A DNA stretch of 64,000 bases, from the NCBI GenBank assembly GCA_965602855.1, contig CBFCZV010000012.1, forward strand, positions 1,332 to 65,331, read 5' to 3'. The translations under genes and the position numbers were made by a program. The stretch is from an uncultured Gammaproteobacteria bacterium. Its GTDB lineage: Bacteria > Pseudomonadota > Gammaproteobacteria > SZUA-229. Positions 60,100-64,000 of this stretch are shown here, in pieces (position 1 is the first letter of the stretch; the number at the start of each line of letters is the position of its first letter). The notes beneath the pieces were generated by a model, which saw nothing but the letters and a program-made list of their open reading frames with translations, searched no databases and was not told where the DNA came from.

Positions 60100-60987
60100 T
60101 TAACTAGCGCCTACTTGCGCCATGACTTCGTCAGCGAAGTTTTCCACTTTCTTCTCGATGCCCTCACCCACTTCATATCGAATGAAGCGAGCAACTGTAG
60201 CACCGGCTTCGCCCAACAAGCCACCAACAGTTTTGTCTGGATCTTTAACAAATGGCTGACCTACTAAGGTGATCTCTGCCAGATATTTGCGGATACGACC
60301 CGCCAGCATTTTTTCTACGATTTCTGCAGGCTTGCCACTTTCCAGTGCCTGAGCGCGAAGAATCTCTTTTTCTTTTTCTAGTACGTCAGCAGAAACATCT
60401 GCTTCTGAAACACACATAGGATTACTGGCAGCAATATGCATAGCAACATCTTTAATGAGATCATCGTTACCATTTTCCATTTCAACCAGTACACTCATAC
60501 GCAAACCATGTGCATAGCTACCGAAAGAACCATTCGCAGTTTCAAGCAATTCAAAACGACGAATCTGAATGTTCTCACCAATTCTGGCAACCATAGCCTG
60601 ACGAGTTTCTTCAATCGAACCTTCACCACCTTCCATTGGAAGAGCTACAAGCGCTTCAACAGAAGCAGATTGATTCGCCAATGCCGCTTTTGCAACTGAA
60701 GAAACGAATGACATAAAGTCATCGCCACCTGATACAAAATCAGTTTCACAGTTAGCTTCAAGAATAACGGCTTTTTTACCGTCTTCGCTGATCTCAATCG
60801 CAACACGACCTTCAGCAGCAACACGACCTGATTTCTTGTCAGCCTTGGCAAGACCAGACTTACGCATGTTTTCGATTGCGGTTTCAATATTACCTTCTGC
60901 TTCCTGCAGTGCTTTTTTACATTCCATCATGCCTGAGCCAGTACGCTCACGCAGTTCTTTAACCATAGACGCTGTAATCTGCATCAT
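60100..60987 (-). CDS. tsf: translation elongation factor Ts
   Basis: ITASMVKELRERTGSGMMECKKAL N-terminal UBA-like motif. ~290 aa. Confidence 0.93.
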   Translation of the reverse strand: MMQITASMVKELRERTGSGMMECKKALQEAEGNIETAIENMRKSGLAKADKKSGRVAAEGRVAIEISEDGKKAVILEANCETDFVSGGDDFMSFVSSVAKAALANQSASVEALVALPMEGGEGSIEETRQAMVARIGENIQIRRFELLETANGSFGSYAHGLRMSVLVEMENGNDDLIKDVAMHIAASNPMCVSEADVSADVLEKEKEILRAQALESGKPAEIVEKMLAGRIRKYLAEITLVGQPFVKDPDKTVGGLLGEAGATVARFIRYEVGEGIEKKVENFADEVMAQVGAS

Positions 60988-61031
60988 TTCACCTCTTTAA
61001 AAAAATTAATAATCAGGGATTCGAATAATGA

Positions 61032-61946
61032 CTATTCGTCATCCTTTTTAGCGGCCTTTTTCTTAGGGGCTGCTTTCTTTTTAGGAGCTGCTTTCTTTTT
61101 AGGTGCGGCTTTCTTCTTAGGTGCTGCTTCTTTCTCAGGAGCGGGTGCCTCTTCAGTCTTAGCTTCTACTGCCTCAGCAGCTTCGGCTTTAGGAGCGGCC
61201 TTCTTCTTAGGCGCAGCTTTTTTCTTAGGCGCAGCTTTTGGCTCTTCAGCTTTCTGAATAACCGCAGCGGCACGACCTTCAATCACAGCATCTGCAACAC
61301 CCTGTGTGTACAGACGAAGCGCTTTAATCGCATCATCGTTACCAGGAATAATGTAGTCGATACCGTCAGGTGAGTTATTAGAATCAACGATACCAAATAC
61401 AGGAATACCCAGTGTTTTAGCTTCCAGCACAGCGATATCTTCATGACCTACATCGATAACGAAAATCGCATCAGGTAGACCCTTCATGTTCTTAATACCG
61501 CCAAGAACTTTCTCTTTCTTTTCCATTTCACGAGTCAGACCCAGCGCTTCTTTCTTGATCAAACGATCAAAAGAGCCATTAGTTGACATTTCTTCCAGGT
61601 CTATCAAACGTTTGATAGATTGGCGAATAGTCGCAAAGTTGGTCAACATGCCACCCAACCAACGATGATTAACATAAGGCATACCACAACGCTCTGCTTC
61701 TTCGCCGACAATCTGACGGGCTGCGCGTTTAGTACCAACGAAAAGGATGGTGCCTCTGTTTGATGCAATCTTGCCCAGAGCATTTACCGCATCGTTATAC
61801 ATGGGTAAAGTCTTCTCAAGATTGATAATATGGATTTTGTTACGAGCACCAAAAATGAATTCAGACATTTTTGGATTCCAGAAACGAGTTTGGTGACCGA
61901 AGTGAACGCCAGCTTCAAGCATTAAGCGCATAGATACGTTAGACAT
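61032..61946 (-). CDS. rpsB: 30S ribosomal protein S2 with ~70-aa Lys/Ala/Pro-rich C-terminal extension
   Basis: [28 protein letters not shown]2 N-terminus (start moved to the MSNVSM ATG). The canonical S2 body runs to about residue 235. The tail is [16 protein letters not shown]...[29 protein letters not shown]. Confidence 0.9.
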   Translation of the reverse strand: MSNVSMRLMLEAGVHFGHQTRFWNPKMSEFIFGARNKIHIINLEKTLPMYNDAVNALGKIASNRGTILFVGTKRAARQIVGEEAERCGMPYVNHRWLGGMLTNFATIRQSIKRLIDLEEMSTNGSFDRLIKKEALGLTREMEKKEKVLGGIKNMKGLPDAIFVIDVGHEDIAVLEAKTLGIPVFGIVDSNNSPDGIDYIIPGNDDAIKALRLYTQGVADAVIEGRAAAVIQKAEEPKAAPKKKAAPKKKAAPKAEAAEAVEAKTEEAPAPEKEAAPKKKAAPKKKAAPKKKAAPKKKAAKKDDE

Positions 61947-62214
61947 AATATTCTCCAATATAAGGGTTAGGCCTCCATATACCCCATGAAATAACCGTTT
62001 TTTAAAACGGCACCCAATTACATGTGACGGTATATGTGCGAAGTAAAATTAGATATAGTCTGCCCTCAGGCAATGGTTATATCCGGTTAAGTCTCAAGGA
62101 AACCTTGAGCGCGGCGGCTTTATACCATATTGAGAATGAAGAAACAACATTTGACGTCACACAAAGAGTGGCTCAATGCAACGATAACCGATTGATTAAC
62201 AAAGAAATTATACC

Positions 62215-62982
62215 GTGACTATACTGATAAAAAATAAACAGGAAATTGAAAAAATGCGCATTGCTGGCCGATTGGCCGGTGAAGTCCTGCAGATGATCCG
62301 CCCCCACGTCAAAGCGGGGATAACAACGGACGAACTCGATAAAATCTGCCATGACTATATCGTTAACGAACAAAAAGCCATTCCAGCCCCTTTGAATTAT
62401 CACGGTTTCCCGAAATCCATCTGTACCTCGGTCAACCATCAGGTCTGCCACGGCATCCCCAGTGATAAAAAACTCAAAAATGGCGACATCATCAATATCG
62501 ACATCACCGTGATAAAAGATGAATTCCACGGAGACACCAGCAAGATGTTTTATATAGGCGAGCCACCGGTTAAGGCCGTAAACGCCTCAGAAGTCGCTCT
62601 AGAGTGTCTAAAGCTCGGTATCGAACTGGTTAAACCCGGTGCTCACTTCGGTGATATCGGCCATGTAATTCAGCAATATGCCGAATCACATCGTTGCTCC
62701 GTGGTCAGAGAGTATTGTGGCCATGGTATTGGACGTGGTTTTCATGAAGAACCGCAGGTTCTGCATTACGGTAAGGCCGGTACTGGCGCTCAGATTGAAG
62801 CGGGTATGATTTTCACCATCGAACCAATGATTAATGCAGGCAAGCCCAAGGTAAAACTACTCAGCGATAACTGGACCGTCGTCACCAAAGACCACAGCCC
62901 TTCTGCTCAATGGGAACACACCATACTGGTCACAGAAACCGGACATGACATCCTGACACAATGCCCAGGTGATGAAATCTAA
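62215..62982 (+). CDS. map: type I methionine aminopeptidase
   Basis: 255 aa. Metal-binding residues in the conserved contexts (D in INIDITV, H in GHGIG, E in FTIEPM and WEHT). Conserved rpsB-divergent position. Confidence 0.93.
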   Translation: MTILIKNKQEIEKMRIAGRLAGEVLQMIRPHVKAGITTDELDKICHDYIVNEQKAIPAPLNYHGFPKSICTSVNHQVCHGIPSDKKLKNGDIINIDITVIKDEFHGDTSKMFYIGEPPVKAVNASEVALECLKLGIELVKPGAHFGDIGHVIQQYAESHRCSVVREYCGHGIGRGFHEEPQVLHYGKAGTGAQIEAGMIFTIEPMINAGKPKVKLLSDNWTVVTKDHSPSAQWEHTILVTETGHDILTQCPGDEI

Positions 62983-62990
62983 GCTAAACC

Positions 62991-64000
62991 ATGCAAGACA
63001 ATCAACACAAACCATCTCAGGAAATCGAACAGCTACTCGATTTAAGCGGGCTTGAAAGAGCCTTTGCCGAGAACAATGATGACATCCTTAGTCAGCTCAA
63101 AGCCGCTGTTTCACAAATCAATGACGGTTTAAAAAAATGCTACCAGACAGGCACTGATGTAGGGACCATTGTTTTTGGTCGATCTCACCTGATTGATCGT
63201 TTACTGGTTTCTGCGTTCAAGCATTTATTTCGTAATGTAGAACAAAAAGTATCATTGATCGCCGTCGGCGGCTACGGTCGTGGTGAACTTCACCCTGCTT
63301 CTGATATTGATCTCATGCTGCTGCTAGGCGAAGAAGAAAACGAACAAACTAAGGACGCACTGGAACGCTACTTAACATTACTCTGGGACAGTCGACTTGA
63401 AATTGGACACAGCGTAAGAACAGTCGATGAGTGCATTAGTGAAGCAGAGAAAGATATTACCGTTGTCACCAATATTATGGAGGCACGTTTACTCAGTGGG
63501 GATTTGGGTCTTTTTGAAAAAATGAAAACCCAGACCGGCCCCGATGCAATATGGGACAACCAGTCTTACTTTCAGGCAAAACTGGAAGAGCAAGTACAGC
63601 GCAGCGGAAAATTCAACGATACTGCATACAGCCTGGAACCCAACATCAAAGAGAGTCGTGGCGGTCTGCGCGACATTCAAATGATCGGCTGGGTCGCCAA
63701 ACGTCACTTCAATGCAGAAAACATGCACGACCTCGTTGAAAAAAACTTTCTGCATCAAGATGAACTCAATACGCTATTAAAAGGGCAAAACTTACTCTGG
63801 CGAATTCGTTGCAGCCTGCACTATCTGGCAGGTCGCCGTGAAGACCGTTTACTGTTCGATTACCAACGTGATCTTGCTGATGAATTTGGTTTTGAAGACG
63901 ATGAAGGCAATCGCAATAACCAGGCCATTGAACAGTTCATGCAACAGTATTATCGAACTGTTATGGAACTGGAACGCCTCAATGAAATGCTGTTGCAATT
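62991..64000 (+). CDS. glnD: bifunctional uridylyltransferase/uridylyl-removing enzyme GlnD (N-terminal part; runs off the window end)
   Basis: ATG at 62991, 8 nt after the map stop. Nucleotidyltransferase motif IAVGGYGRGELHPASDIDLMLL. The open frame continues to position 64000 without a stop. Confidence 0.85.
   Translation, partial: MQDNQHKPSQEIEQLLDLSGLERAFAENNDDILSQLKAAVSQINDGLKKCYQTGTDVGTIVFGRSHLIDRLLVSAFKHLFRNVEQKVSLIAVGGYGRGELHPASDIDLMLLLGEEENEQTKDALERYLTLLWDSRLEIGHSVRTVDECISEAEKDITVVTNIMEARLLSGDLGLFEKMKTQTGPDAIWDNQSYFQAKLEEQVQRSGKFNDTAYSLEPNIKESRGGLRDIQMIGWVAKRHFNAENMHDLVEKNFLHQDELNTLLKGQNLLWRIRCSLHYLAGRREDRLLFDYQRDLADEFGFEDDEGNRNNQAIEQFMQQYYRTVMELERLNEMLLQ

Noticed and set aside
63368-63758. 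ORFs 63368..63559, 63489..63758 (minus) and 63551..63739 (plus)
   Set aside because: Embedded in and antisense to, or out of frame with, the clearly recognisable glnD N-terminal coding region.

Overview
This 64 kb window looks like a gammaproteobacterial chromosome segment, probably from a marine or psychrophilic lineage. From start to end it contains:

1. A strongly AT-rich islet of five genes on the minus strand (92..5727). Three of them are translationally coupled: an alpha/beta-hydrolase (lipase-like) protein, a small helical protein, and an SbcC/Rad50-like ABC ATPase with a long coiled coil and a central CPxC zinc-hook motif. This matches the Lamassu / ABC-three-component (ABC-3C) anti-phage architecture. 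Two further hypothetical genes follow. This is the most likely novel or accessory system in the window.
2. A hairpin-dense non-coding stretch, then hrpB and an overlapping mtfA-like peptidase gene.
3. A complete polyunsaturated-fatty-acid-synthase-type secondary-lipid cluster on the minus strand, in the order pfaA, pfaC, pfaD, pfaE. pfaA carries five tandem, nearly identical acyl-carrier-protein (ACP) domains. There is no stand-alone pfaB; a GHSMG acyltransferase (AT) domain is instead fused inside the PfaC-like protein (KS-CLF-AT-DH-DH).
4. A clear NorR orthologue (GAF + sigma-54 AAA+ + HTH) transcribed divergently from the cluster. Between norR and a 68-aa membrane-protein ORF that points toward pfaA lie a candidate -24/-12 sigma-54 promoter and two GT-N7-AC NorR-type boxes.
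5. A tri-heme c-type cytochrome, an ABCB-type exporter, and an RND adaptor/pump pair.
6. A glutamate-dehydrogenase-family gene, an ABC-F ATPase (yheS-like), an IscA/ErpA-like protein, an ATP-grasp protein, and an AhpD-like protein.
7. A minus-strand operon of a small protein, tpm, an M16 peptidase, a radical SAM enzyme and yggX.
8. The conserved core block lpxA-fabZ-lpxD-skp-bamA-rseP-dxr-cdsA-uppS-frr-pyrH-tsf-rpsB on the minus strand, followed by map and the start of glnD on the plus strand.

No rRNA, tRNA or CRISPR array was recognised.
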